From an uncultured Gammaproteobacteria bacterium (GTDB lineage Bacteria; Pseudomonadota; Gammaproteobacteria; SZUA-229), in the NCBI GenBank assembly GCA_913065105.1, contig CAJXZZ010000027.1:1-34635 (forward strand): a stretch of DNA of 34,635 nucleotides, in the 5' to 3' direction. Within the stretch, counting starts at the first letter, position 1; each line of letters begins with the position of its first letter. Under the pieces are notes generated by a model. The model ran no database searches, was not told where the DNA came from, and was given only the letters and a program-made list of their open reading frames with translations. This document shows, piece by piece, positions 1-10,106 of the stretch. Made by a program: the position numbers and the translations under genes.

Positions 1-349
1 GCTGCACTCCACCCGCCCTTAATGCTTCGAGTTCTTTGTAGGTGTACAGATGCTGAGAAACAATTATGTTATCGAGTTTGATTTGCATCGAATCAAGTAC
101 AAAATTTGTATCGCCTGTAACAGAAACGAATAAAGAGACCTGGGTATTAGAAGGAAAGAGTAATTTCTCCTCAAGACGGGATAATTCTGACGTTAATTTC
201 AGCACATCTTTTTTAATATCCTGCACCTGTTCATCCAGTCCTTTAATCTGCTCACTGCTAACTTCAGAGGCATTAAGTGATACTGGCAGTAAACTTACGG
301 ATAGAAATATTGGGATAAAAAATTTAATAATCGATTTGTTCAGCATAGT
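1..349 (-). CDS. Partial CDS (5' end in window, 3' end off the window edge): secreted coiled-coil hypothetical protein
   Basis: Minus-strand ATG near 349 opens an ORF that runs past position 1: MLNKSIIKFFIPIFLSVSLLPVSLNA (signal peptide-like), then a charged coiled-coil-like segment. The plus-strand ORF 66..383 in the track is low-complexity and probably spurious. Confidence 0.5.
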
Positions 350-597
350 TGCCACTTATTTTTCCTGTCGGTTTCAGACATAACTAATATGTCACTTCAG
401 CTTTCATCAAATGAGTATATTAAAGAATGTCGAAAAGTCGACAAAAACACGTTAAAAGAAAATCTTTAAAAAACATGAGCTTATGCAGATAATGTAATGT
501 CATCGAAAAGTCTTTCCTAATATCAACAACTTATCTATACTCATCAGCCATTAAGCAATTTTCATCAACACTCCATTCATCGGAAAAGCTTCGTACT

Positions 598-957
598 ATG
601 GCAAAAACAGGTGCAACAGGGTTTACTCGTATTATTAACGCGGCAGGCTATTCCTGGCTGGGATTCAAAGCCGCCTACAAACATGAAGCAGCTTTTCGTC
701 AGGAACTCTGGTTGTGCATCATATTGACACCAGTCGCCCTCTATTTTGGTCAGGGTTACGCAGAAAAAGCAGTTTTGATTGCCAGCCTGGTCTTTATTTT
801 ACTTATCGAGATACTTAATTCAGCACTGGAAGCTGTGGTCGATCGCTTTGGTGATGAAATACACCCCCTTGCAGGACGCGCTAAGGATATGGGTTCAGCA
901 GCGGTGTTTCTAGCTTTTATTATTACTGGACTGGTATGGTTTTCGGTATTTATTTAA
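598..957 (+). CDS. dgkA: Diacylglycerol kinase (prokaryotic DgkA family), 119 aa integral membrane protein
   Basis: Size and sequence are typical of bacterial DgkA (…AAGYSWxGxKAAxxHEAAFRQE…), with three predicted hydrophobic helices. Confidence 0.88.
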   Translation: MAKTGATGFTRIINAAGYSWLGFKAAYKHEAAFRQELWLCIILTPVALYFGQGYAEKAVLIASLVFILLIEILNSALEAVVDRFGDEIHPLAGRAKDMGSAAVFLAFIITGLVWFSVFI

Positions 958-1449
958 ACACTGGGGTTTTAACCTCGGTCGTCATTTCGATGCCAACACG
1001 GATGTAGGTAGTAGAGCAATGCAGGAGCGGTTGCCGAGGAACGAAGCTACCATCTTGATAATCCAGCCCCGATAGTAAAATCATCCCGTAAGACAAACCG
1101 ATCTAAATTCATAAAACCGCGTATCGGAAACAAACGATTTATCTCAGTTCCATCACCATCCGCACCGGAAACCGCTGGTCGTACAAACAGACTTTTATCA
1201 TTCATATACACCACCGCAAAAACTAAGCAATTGCAGCACGGACATTAATAATGCACATTGTCCAACACACTGTTTAATATAAATTTATATTAAATTACAT
1301 AAAAATATTATAACGGCACCATATAAACCAACGCTAAAATTCAAGAAAAATTATTCAATTCGTAACAAACAAAATTTTATATCTATACTACTATTTTACT
1401 TGTACAAAAATTAAACACCTTATTAATATTCACCATTAAACAGATTATT

Positions 1450-2178
1450 ATGAAACTTAAACCACTACTTTATTTAATAGCACTAACATCATCCCTATCT
1501 GCCAACGCCGATACCTTATCCATTTCTGCCGGTGGCGGCGTGTGGAATACATCACCTAGCGGTAGTTTCCAGAAAACAAGCGATCCTGCTGCAGTTGATG
1601 TTAAAGATAACTTATTCTGGGGTGACGAATCGCAGGGTTATTTATTTGCGACGCTAGAACACCCTGTACCTATTATTCCCAATGTGAAATTAATGTACAC
1701 AAAAGTGGATCAGTCTGGTAGCGGCGACACAAGCTTCACTTTCGATGGTGACGTCTACAGTGGAACCGTAAGCAACGAATTCTCCATAGAAACCACCGAT
1801 TTGATCGCCTATTACGAAGTATTAGACAATGTTGTTAGTCTTGACCTTGGTTTAACTATCCGTAATTTAAAGATTGATTACACAATCAATGATAGTTCAA
1901 ACATAAAAGACTCCCTGGATGAAACCGTACCTATGTTATACGCACTGGTTGGCGGTTCACCCATCCCCGACCTAATCATTAGTGGCGAATTAAGTTACGT
2001 GGCATTTTCTGGCAGCAGCGTTTCAGACTTCACTGCAAAAATAGCTTATACCACGAACTTTTTCGTCGGCTTTGAAGCAGGTTATCGTCAACAGAAATAT
2101 GAGTTCGATGATGTTTCAGATACTGATGCCAAACTGGATTTTGATGGTGTGTTCGCTGGTGCTTACCTGAAGTTTTAA
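1450..2178 (+). CDS. Outer-membrane beta-barrel protein (signal peptide, C-terminal aromatic residue)
   Basis: N-terminal signal MKLKPLLYLIALTSSLSANA. Alternating hydrophobic beta-strand pattern. C-terminal …YLKF as in beta-barrel outer-membrane proteins. Preceded by a long AT-rich promoter-like region. Confidence 0.75.
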   Translation: MKLKPLLYLIALTSSLSANADTLSISAGGGVWNTSPSGSFQKTSDPAAVDVKDNLFWGDESQGYLFATLEHPVPIIPNVKLMYTKVDQSGSGDTSFTFDGDVYSGTVSNEFSIETTDLIAYYEVLDNVVSLDLGLTIRNLKIDYTINDSSNIKDSLDETVPMLYALVGGSPIPDLIISGELSYVAFSGSSVSDFTAKIAYTTNFFVGFEAGYRQQKYEFDDVSDTDAKLDFDGVFAGAYLKF

Positions 2179-2368
2179 CCATAGATTAGGATATACGACA
2201 TAGACATAGGTGGTACGATTCCAAGGATGGAATCGATAGCTTCGATTCGGGAACAGAGACCGAGAACAACCCTGAAGCCCAAGTCCAAATCGCCGAAAGA
2301 AATCTATAGATAGAATAATGCAGAATTGCTTATCGAGACACAAAGAATCCAGAGATTAAAAACAGCAA

Positions 2369-3508
2369 TTATTCATTGATCACTGGCAACGGTGATTGAT
2401 GTGACTGCAAAAACCATTTATCTGTCACCACATTCTTTGTAAACCATTGCGTTTTCATTAACTGTTTAGCAAAAAATCTTTTAACAAACATAGGCAACCG
2501 CTCCATCATATCCGGTGCCGGCAGGCGTTGCCCAAATCGTTGCTCCATCAATTCATTGTATGCCTGCAGTTTGTTCTTACTGAAGTCACCTTCACAGCAG
2601 CGTATAACATCTGCGGCCAGCACTGCAGATTCGACCGCCGGTCGAATGCCTTCACCACTCTGCGGATAAGCTAATCCGGCTGAGTCACCAATAAGCAAAA
2701 CATGATCAGCGACCATCTCTCTTACTGCATGGTTATACAACAAATAAGCATGGCCACTATATTTAGCTGTAATATCACTCGGAATTTTCCCTTCTGCAGA
2801 TAAATAGTCACAGAAGTCTTTTACATGGCTAGATAATTTACTTTTATCTTCACGACCTAAACCAATATTTAGATAGTCGCCTTTACGGAACACCCAGCCA
2901 TAACCCATAAGATCAGGCGTAAAAAATAATTCAGGGACTTCTTCTTTAATACTGCAATTTTGTTTTTGCTGCGCACTCATTTCAAACTCAGCTTCCTGCG
3001 CGACAACCGCAAGCTCGCTTACTCCTTTTGAATCAATGGCGCGTGCAACAGGACAATAATGACCACCCGCACCGATAACCAGTTTCGCTCTGTAGTTATC
3101 GTTAACTAACCAGCCGTCACTGGCTTTTTCCATTTTTTTAAAAGTTTCGTTTAGAATTAGCTCGGCACCGCAGCGCCGCAACAGATAATCATCAAACTCA
3201 ATACGACGAATACCGTAGCTCACAGGCTCCCCGGGATAATGAGATTCAACCAGTTGTTGGCCTATTTGGCCAATTTTAAATCCGCTGATTTTTTGTAATA
3301 CGCGGCCTTTTGCGTAATCGTCCAGATCAACATTCAACACACGCATGACTTCGGGCGTAACCCAGCCAGCACATATTTTTTGTCGTGGAAACGTAGTTTT
3401 ATCGAGTATAGCGATTTTTAAACCCGCACCCGATAAAGCGTAAGCAAGTGTAGAACCGGCTGGCCCGCCACCCACAATTAAGATGTCATAAAGCTGCATA
3501 TATTTCAT
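2369..3508 (-). CDS. FAD-dependent oxidoreductase, geranylgeranyl-reductase-like family
   Basis: N-terminal dinucleotide-binding motif ILIVGGGPAGSTLAYALSGAGLKIAILDK and a GD motif (LIGDSAG). Start overlaps the stop of the upstream cfa-like fragment (ATGA), suggesting translational coupling. Confidence 0.85.
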   Translation of the reverse strand: MKYMQLYDILIVGGGPAGSTLAYALSGAGLKIAILDKTTFPRQKICAGWVTPEVMRVLNVDLDDYAKGRVLQKISGFKIGQIGQQLVESHYPGEPVSYGIRRIEFDDYLLRRCGAELILNETFKKMEKASDGWLVNDNYRAKLVIGAGGHYCPVARAIDSKGVSELAVVAQEAEFEMSAQQKQNCSIKEEVPELFFTPDLMGYGWVFRKGDYLNIGLGREDKSKLSSHVKDFCDYLSAEGKIPSDITAKYSGHAYLLYNHAVREMVADHVLLIGDSAGLAYPQSGEGIRPAVESAVLAADVIRCCEGDFSKNKLQAYNELMEQRFGQRLPAPDMMERLPMFVKRFFAKQLMKTQWFTKNVVTDKWFLQSHQSPLPVINE

Positions 3509-4038
3509 TCCGTTTCTGATGAGACCACGCTTAATTTTGCTTTGCCAGCGGTTTTATTTGTGTTGGCATCATAAACATAATGACGCGACCGTGGGACATT
3601 GTTATTTTTAGCGTGACTGAATACTACCTGAAATAATTGCAAATGACCTGAGTTAAAAGCAGCAATCGAGCCGTAAAGATAAAGTCCCCAGGCTTTAACA
3701 AACTCCTCATCCATCATTTCCGTAATTTCAGATTTATGTTGTTCAAAACGCTGAGCCCAGATTTCAAGTGTGCGCGAATAATGTAACCGAAGATTCTCAA
3801 CGTCATATATAGCGATGTCGTTAGGCTCAAAAATATTCATCATCTGACTTAATGCAGGAGGACGCGCACCGGGGAAAATACGCCGTTCGATCCAGGCATT
3901 CATCGGCCCTTTAACCGTACGACCGATACAATGAATCAAACCTCTGCCATCAGATTTCAAACAACGATCGATGATCCCTCCCAGTTCCTGATAGTCGCGT
4001 ATAGCCACATGTTCTAACATGCCGACGGAAACAAACAC
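3505..4038 (-). pseudogene. N-terminally truncated cyclopropane-fatty-acyl-phospholipid synthase-like gene (C-terminal half only, SAM-binding motif I missing)
   Basis: Product matches the C-terminal half of Cfa-type methyltransferases (…VSVGMLEHV…, …LYLYGSIAAFNSGHLQLFQVVFSHA…). Only ~50 nt separate its first ATG from the upstream bcp stop, leaving no room for the ~170 aa N-terminal domain. A short direct repeat TTCTATATG/TTCTATATC lies in that gap. Confidence 0.7.
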
Positions 4039-4088
4039 TTTCTATATGTTCTATATCAATTGCTTAGCGATCAACCTACCCTGAGACA

Positions 4089-4556
4089 CTAAATTCCTTT
4101 CACCACATCAAGAACCGCTTGCGCATGACCATCGGCTACCACGTTATATTCAACAAACCGCACGATACCCTCTTTATCAATAATAAATGTAGAGCGGACT
4201 ATGCCCATCTTTTTCACACCATTCTTTTCTTTTTCTTGCCATACACCATACGCCTCGCAGAGTGCGCCATCAGTATCTGCAAGTAGCCCGACCTGCAAAC
4301 CAAACTTATTGATAAAATCTACGTGACTGGCACAATCATCCTTACTAACACCATAAACCACGGTATCATGCCGTGCAAATTCATCAATATATTGAGTGAA
4401 CTGATTCGCCTCGATGGTACAGCCTGGCGTATCGTCTTTAGGATAAAAATATAGAACAACATTTTTATTACCCTTGAAGCTTTCCAGCCGTACTTCAGCA
4501 CCCTTTTCATCTAAAACAGAAAAATCCGGCGCTATCTGCTGCTCACTTATCATAAG
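4089..4556 (-). CDS. bcp: Thiol peroxidase / peroxiredoxin Bcp
   Basis: Peroxiredoxin motif FYPKDDTPGCT with a resolving Cys further on. The track ORF extends to 4637, but the internal Met (MISEQQIAPDF…, ~155 aa) fits Bcp length. Confidence 0.88.
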   Translation of the reverse strand, partial: LMISEQQIAPDFSVLDEKGAEVRLESFKGNKNVVLYFYPKDDTPGCTIEANQFTQYIDEFARHDTVVYGVSKDDCASHVDFINKFGLQVGLLADTDGALCEAYGVWQEKEKNGVKKMGIVRSTFIIDKEGIVRFVEYNVVADGHAQAVLDVVKGI

Positions 4557-4624
4557 GACCTCGATAATCAATGTAAAAATAACCAGTATTATGTCATACG
4601 CATAAAAGGTTACAATGCGCGCCC

Positions 4625-6523
4625 ATGTTACAAGCAATTAATTTAGGCATACGACGCGGCACCAAGCTGTTGTTCGAAGAAACCAGTTTTCAGATTCATC
4701 CTGGGCAAAAAGTTGGTCTAACCGGTGCCAACGGTACCGGCAAATCCAGCCTGTTTTCACTGATCCTTAAACAGCTGCATGCTGATACCGGTGACTGCAT
4801 CTATCCAGATCATTGGGTAGTTGCCCACGTAGCACAGGAATTAGCCGACAGTAAGCAACAGGCTATTGAATTTGTACTGGATGGCGACATCGAATTACGC
4901 CAGATACAACAGGCGATCAGAACAGCCGAAGAAAACAATGATGGTATTAAGGTTGCCACATTACACACCCAATTAGACAATATCGATGGTTATACCGCCA
5001 ATTCGCGCGCCAGTCAGTTACTGGCTGGCCTGGGTTTTGTCGCCAGTGATGAGACGCGCTCCATCAACGAGTTTTCTGGTGGCTGGCAGATGCGGCTCAA
5101 TCTTGCCAAAGCGTTAATGTGCCGCTCTGATCTATTACTGCTTGATGAGCCAACCAATCACCTCGATCTAGACACTATTATCTGGCTTGAGTCCTGGCTG
5201 GCGGCCTATCGCGGAACCTTGTTACTGATCTCTCATGACCGTGATTTTTTAAATAATATCTGCACCCATATCGCTCATCTCGAACAACAAAGGATACAGC
5301 TCTACACCGGTAACTATTCTGCGTTTGAGCATATACGTGCAGAACGTCTGGCCAATCAACAATCACAGTACGTAAAACAGCAACGCAATATCGCGCACAT
5401 AGAATCATATATAACACGCTTTCGTGCTCAGGCAACAAAAGCCAAACAGGCACAGAGCCGACTTAAAGCCCTTGAACGCATGCAGACCATTGCCCCCGCA
5501 CATGTCGATTCGCCATTTCATTTTTCTTTATTCGAACCCGAAAAGATCCCGAATAGCCTGTTACATATGGAAGCAATCGACGCAGGTTATGGCGATACCC
5601 AGATACTAAAAAATGTCGACTTCCAGTTATTACCCGGCGACAGGATCGGATTGCTTGGTCCCAACGGCGCAGGGAAATCGACCTTAATTAAAGTACTGGC
5701 CAACCAGCTTAAAATTCAGAGTGGTGAATATCATCTGGCTAAAGAAACCAAAATCGGTTACTTCGCACAACATCAACTGGAACAGCTACATAACGACCAC
5801 ACACCTGTCGAACATCTTCAACAGATAGACAGCAAAGCACGTGAAGCTGATTTAAGAAATTATCTAGGCCGTTTTGGTTTTTCCAATGATATGGCATTAT
5901 CAAAAATACAGAATTTTTCCGGTGGGGAAAAATCACGTCTGGTACTGGCGATGATCATCTACCAGAAACCCAACCTGCTATTACTCGATGAACCAACCAA
6001 CCATCTTGACCTTGAAATGCGTGAAGCACTGGCAGAAGCATTACAGGAATTTTCAGGTGCTATGGTTATTGTTTCACATGACAGGCATTTACTTAATGCG
6101 ACCTGCGATCAACTACTTTTAGTCAGCCAGCAGAGCGTTAGCGAATTTCCCCTTAGCCTGGACGAGTACCCTAAATGGTTAAGCGAACATAATGCGTCGC
6201 TCACTAATAGTGCTACTGCATCAACTAAAAACATTAATAATCCAAACATATCAAACAAGGAAAGAAAAAAACTTGAAGCCGCACAAAGACAAAAAACGGC
6301 ACCTTTAAGAAAAAAAATAAAACAGTTAGAAGATACTCTGCAACGAGTCTCAGAAAAACAATCAGCACTTAACCAGCAACTCTCTGATAGTAATATCTAT
6401 GCTGAAGAAAACAAACAGAAACTCCAGCAACTACTTTTAGAAAAAGCCGAACTGGACAAAGCTCACGAAAACGCCGAGCTTGAGTGGCTTGATGCCAACG
6501 AGGAACTCGAAAAGTCGACCTGA
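4625..6523 (+). CDS. yheS: ABC-F family ATPase (two ABC domains plus C-terminal coiled coil), YheS-like
   Basis: Two Walker A motifs (GANGTGKSS, GPNGAGKST). Two ABC signatures (FSGGWQMRL, FSGGEKSRL). Two Walker B motifs (LLLLDEPTNHLD). Lys/Glu-rich coiled-coil C-terminus. No transmembrane domain. Close co-linearity with E. coli YheS as recalled from memory. Confidence 0.88.
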   Translation: MLQAINLGIRRGTKLLFEETSFQIHPGQKVGLTGANGTGKSSLFSLILKQLHADTGDCIYPDHWVVAHVAQELADSKQQAIEFVLDGDIELRQIQQAIRTAEENNDGIKVATLHTQLDNIDGYTANSRASQLLAGLGFVASDETRSINEFSGGWQMRLNLAKALMCRSDLLLLDEPTNHLDLDTIIWLESWLAAYRGTLLLISHDRDFLNNICTHIAHLEQQRIQLYTGNYSAFEHIRAERLANQQSQYVKQQRNIAHIESYITRFRAQATKAKQAQSRLKALERMQTIAPAHVDSPFHFSLFEPEKIPNSLLHMEAIDAGYGDTQILKNVDFQLLPGDRIGLLGPNGAGKSTLIKVLANQLKIQSGEYHLAKETKIGYFAQHQLEQLHNDHTPVEHLQQIDSKAREADLRNYLGRFGFSNDMALSKIQNFSGGEKSRLVLAMIIYQKPNLLLLDEPTNHLDLEMREALAEALQEFSGAMVIVSHDRHLLNATCDQLLLVSQQSVSEFPLSLDEYPKWLSEHNASLTNSATASTKNINNPNISNKERKKLEAAQRQKTAPLRKKIKQLEDTLQRVSEKQSALNQQLSDSNIYAEENKQKLQQLLLEKAELDKAHENAELEWLDANEELEKST

Positions 6524-6552
6524 CTCGCAAGCACCATTGTCAAAAATAAAAT

Positions 6553-6586
6553 AAAGGCTATGTGACGACATAGCCTTTATTTTTCT
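6553..6586. terminator. Bidirectional rho-independent terminator between convergent yheS and phoH
   Basis: AAAGGCTATGT-gacg-ACATAGCCTTT followed by ATTTTTCT. A-run on the left and T-run on the right. Confidence 0.7.
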
Positions 6587-6589
6587 GCC

Positions 6590-7408
6590 TTAAGCAAATT
6601 CTGTGCGATAACGTTTCATCTTATGTTCTGAGTCGTCATAACACATGATGATATCTTTAACGATATCACTACGAACAATGTCATGATATTCAAACTCATG
6701 AACATAAACGCCTTTTACGTTATGTGTACGCGTGATAGCGTCATACAAGCCAGAGTAGCAACGAATATCTGACTGGCTCAAGTCACCGCTAATAACCACG
6801 GTCGACTGCTCGCCAATCCGGGTCATAAACATTTTTATTTCTTCAGCCGTACAGTTCTGCGCCTCATCCAGCACTACGAATGCACGATTGAATGTTTTAC
6901 CGCGCATGTAAGCCAACGGCTCCATGGTGATATTGCCATTTTTTAATGCACACTCGATCACGCCTTTTCCTGCATTGCTTATCAAACAGGATTTAAACGC
7001 ACTAAAATATGGATCAAATTTTTCATCTAGCTTACCGGGTAAAAACCCCATGCTATTACCTGCCTCTACTGCTGGCCGAGTGAAAATAATTCGATCGATA
7101 TCGCCGGAAATCAGTGCTTGCGCTGCCATTGCCGCCGTACAGTAACTTTTACCGGTGCCCGCAGGACCTAATCCAAAAATCAATGTATGCGTTTTTATTG
7201 CCGCCATAAACATATCTTGTGACTTGTTTTTAGGCTGGATCGACTTGGGTTGCTTTGGTGGTGCGCTTGATGTTCGGGAGTGGAAAGGGGAGTATGAATC
7301 GTTATGTGGAGAGGAGTGGAAATCAATGACTACGTTATCCTCCGACAAGTAATCTAGTTGTTGTAATTTATTTTTTTGTCTTTTCGCTCGACCATTCTTT
7401 CTCGACAT
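6590..7408 (-). CDS. phoH: PhoH family ATPase (phosphate-starvation-inducible protein)
   Basis: P-loop GPAGTGKS and a DEAQN box. Basic N-terminal tail as in E. coli PhoH. Confidence 0.88.
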   Translation of the reverse strand: MSRKNGRAKRQKNKLQQLDYLSEDNVVIDFHSSPHNDSYSPFHSRTSSAPPKQPKSIQPKNKSQDMFMAAIKTHTLIFGLGPAGTGKSYCTAAMAAQALISGDIDRIIFTRPAVEAGNSMGFLPGKLDEKFDPYFSAFKSCLISNAGKGVIECALKNGNITMEPLAYMRGKTFNRAFVVLDEAQNCTAEEIKMFMTRIGEQSTVVISGDLSQSDIRCYSGLYDAITRTHNVKGVYVHEFEYHDIVRSDIVKDIIMCYDDSEHKMKRYRTEFA

Positions 7409-7641
7409 AGATACACCTCAGCCTCGGTAGTGGTTAATAAACTTGTTTAATAAATTAAATTTGAATTTCTATCAGTTTTTTTAATACCTGTTTTATTTGT
7501 TGTTACTATTAATACAACTTTATAATAAAAATGTAAACAATTTTTTTAGTTATTTTATAATTTATGTAATTTATAAACGCACATACACAAGTAAGGCATA
7601 CCAGCCTTACCCGATAAACTTTTTTATACTAGACTGAGCAC

Positions 7642-9090
7642 ATGGGCGAAGAAATACAATATAGCCATTTCAATAAATCAGATTATCAGCAATTTTCTTC
7701 ACATCTAAAAGAAGAGACAACATTGCTGAAGAACTGGTTTGATAAACATACGTTCTCTTCTTCCTCACTGATGGCAGGTTATGAGCTCGAAGCCTGGTTA
7801 ATTAATACAACGGGTAACCCTGTCGCAATAAATGATACCTTTCTTGAACAGGCAGACAATGCGTTATTAAGTCCTGAACTGGCAAAATTCAATATTGAGC
7901 TCAACGTTGAACCTGAACAATTATCCAATAAGGTTCTATCAATATTTGAACACAAGTTAGACGCGCTATGGCAACAATGCTCAACGACTGCCGCATCTCT
8001 TAACAGCAATATTCTCGGTATCGGTATCTTGCCGACCTTGCAGGACAGTGACCTCACGCTAGAGAACTTATCCCTGCTAGATCGATACAGAGCGCTCAAC
8101 GAACAAGTCTTAAGACAACGTAAGGGCGTTGAAATAGAATTAAACATTAACGGCTTAGACCACCTGCAGCTAAGTCATAAAGATGTAATGCTGGAAGCTG
8201 CGGCAACTTCACTACAGATCCATATACAGGTTCCACAGGATGTTGCCACACGTTATTACAATGCATCCGTTTTATTATCGGCACCGATGGTCGCCGTTAG
8301 TGCTAATTCGCCCTGTTTATTTGGTAAACGTCTGTGGCAGGAAACACGTATTCCTGTTTTCGAACAAGCCGTGCCTACCGGCGGTTATGGTGGTGCGTCC
8401 TCTGGTCCCGTACATCGGGTTGGTTTCGGCTCTGACTATGTACGCAATTCACTGTATGAATGTTTCCAGGAAAACCTTGAGCACTTTCCTGTTCTGCTAC
8501 CCGTGCATTACCAGAGCAAACTAGACGAGGTTCGGCACCTGCGCCTGCATAACGGTACCATCTGGCGGTGGAACCGGCCTTTGATCGGTTTTGATGAAGA
8601 CCAGACGCCACATTTACGCATCGAACATCGCGTCTGTGCCAGTGCGCCATCGACCATCGATAATATAGCCAACATCGCCTTCTATTACGGTCTGGTGCAT
8701 TATTATGCCACCACTGAAGAACCGCCTGAGTCTGTTATGCCTTTTACCGACGCAAAAAACAATTTCTACCGTGCTGCCCAGCTTGGACTAAAATATAAAA
8801 CCAGCTGGTTAAGCAAAAACACCGATACATTACAAAAGATCATCCTGGAGAAGCTGCTTATTCAGGCCGAAATGGGTTTATATAAATTAGGCATCGATCA
8901 GGCCGACAGTCAACGTTACCTCTCCGTTATCGAGCAGCGCGTAGAAAATAATAAAACCGGTAGTCAGTGGCAGCTGGATTTTCTTAATGCACATCAAAAC
9001 AATAGAACTAAGCTCACATTAAACTACCTAAGAAACCAGATAACCGGCAAGCCAGTACATGAATGGGATCTTGAGACGACACCATGTTAA
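7642..9090 (+). CDS. Glutamate--cysteine ligase family 2 (GCS2) / carboxylate-amine ligase-like protein, 482 aa
   Basis: N-terminal GYELEAWLI region and overall architecture resemble GCS2 / YbdK-type ATP-dependent carboxylate-amine ligases. Overlaps the downstream gene by 7 nt (operon). Long AT-rich upstream region 7409-7641. Confidence 0.65.
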   Translation: MGEEIQYSHFNKSDYQQFSSHLKEETTLLKNWFDKHTFSSSSLMAGYELEAWLINTTGNPVAINDTFLEQADNALLSPELAKFNIELNVEPEQLSNKVLSIFEHKLDALWQQCSTTAASLNSNILGIGILPTLQDSDLTLENLSLLDRYRALNEQVLRQRKGVEIELNINGLDHLQLSHKDVMLEAAATSLQIHIQVPQDVATRYYNASVLLSAPMVAVSANSPCLFGKRLWQETRIPVFEQAVPTGGYGGASSGPVHRVGFGSDYVRNSLYECFQENLEHFPVLLPVHYQSKLDEVRHLRLHNGTIWRWNRPLIGFDEDQTPHLRIEHRVCASAPSTIDNIANIAFYYGLVHYYATTEEPPESVMPFTDAKNNFYRAAQLGLKYKTSWLSKNTDTLQKIILEKLLIQAEMGLYKLGIDQADSQRYLSVIEQRVENNKTGSQWQLDFLNAHQNNRTKLTLNYLRNQITGKPVHEWDLETTPC

Positions 9091-10091
9091 ACGAAATGAC
9101 CCACATCCCTGATGCTTTTCTTAACGCGAAGGCAGAAGAGCTACACGATATATTAAAAGCACCCACACTATTTCATATAGAAGGTATTAACCCGCAACCA
9201 TTATTTATCTGTACCTTATTGCACGGCAATGAAACTACCGGTTTATATGCGATTCAACGCCTATTTAATAAATATAAAGACAAACCTTTACCCAGAGCAA
9301 TATCATTGTTTGTCGGTAATATCGCAGCAGCAAAAGAAGATCAACGGCGGCTCGACACACAGGATGATTACAATCGGATCTGGCCGGGTAGTCACCATAA
9401 CAACTCACCCGAAAAGGACATGATGCAGACAGTCAGCAATATCATGGAAAAGAAAAAACCCTTTGCCAGTATTGATATCCACAATAACACTGGCAAAAAC
9501 CCGCATTACGGCTGCATCAACATACTCAACCCACACGGACTCGTACTTGCCGCAAAATTCAGCAATATTGCAGTTTATTTTACCGATCCTAAAGGTGTAC
9601 AGTCATCGGCATTTTCCGATTTCTGCCCTGCTATTGTGCTTGAGTGCGGACAGGCGAGCGACAAGTCTGGAGAAGATCACGCTTTAGCCTATCTTGAGAC
9701 TATCTTACAGATGGATGATCTGGCATCTCATGAAAGCAATAACCTGAATCTTTATCACACTATCGCTCGTATCACGATTCCAAAAACAGTAAGCATAGGT
9801 GACAGTACCGATGATCATTCGTCCGATATCTACTTGAGCGCACTGCTGGAAGATAAAAATTTTCATCTTATCCAGCCGGGCACAGAATTTGCGGTAATCA
9901 ATTCCACAAAAGAAAAATTAATTGTTGTCAATAGTGAAAGCCACGAAGACATTACAGATGAATATTTTGAAAGAGATAATAACAAACTGATTTTTAAAAA
10001 ACCTGTCACGCTAGCGATGTACACCACCAGTGAAAAAGCGATAAGACAGGACTGTGTTTGTTATCTTATGGAAGAGCTCCGGATAGGATAA
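9084..10091 (+). CDS. Succinylglutamate desuccinylase / aspartoacylase (AstE/AspA) family zinc hydrolase
   Basis: HGNETTG zinc-binding motif near the N-terminus and a downstream conserved Glu/His region. 335 aa is typical of the family. Confidence 0.75.
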   Translation: MLNEMTHIPDAFLNAKAEELHDILKAPTLFHIEGINPQPLFICTLLHGNETTGLYAIQRLFNKYKDKPLPRAISLFVGNIAAAKEDQRRLDTQDDYNRIWPGSHHNNSPEKDMMQTVSNIMEKKKPFASIDIHNNTGKNPHYGCINILNPHGLVLAAKFSNIAVYFTDPKGVQSSAFSDFCPAIVLECGQASDKSGEDHALAYLETILQMDDLASHESNNLNLYHTIARITIPKTVSIGDSTDDHSSDIYLSALLEDKNFHLIQPGTEFAVINSTKEKLIVVNSESHEDITDEYFERDNNKLIFKKPVTLAMYTTSEKAIRQDCVCYLMEELRIG

Positions 10092-10106
10092 CTACTTTTT
10101 GGCTAA

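Noticed and set aside
66-383. Plus-strand 105-aa ORF at the window start
   Set aside because: Low-complexity, Ser/Cys-rich and antisense to a more convincing minus-strand signal-peptide ORF (1..349). Probably spurious.
2229-2251. Inverted repeat GAATCGA-tagct-TCGATTC downstream of the outer-membrane protein gene
   Set aside because: Short stem without a T-run. It could be a protein-binding site but is insufficiently distinctive to call.
2116-2343. 75-aa minus-strand ORF overlapping the end of the outer-membrane protein gene
   Set aside because: Overlaps a well-supported CDS and has no recognisable features or RBS.
4319-6000. Several short antisense or overlapping ORFs (4319..4510-, 5178..5453-, 5424..5609+, 5739..5936-) inside bcp and yheS
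   Set aside because: Embedded in or opposite strongly supported genes. Their composition is typical of out-of-frame translation.
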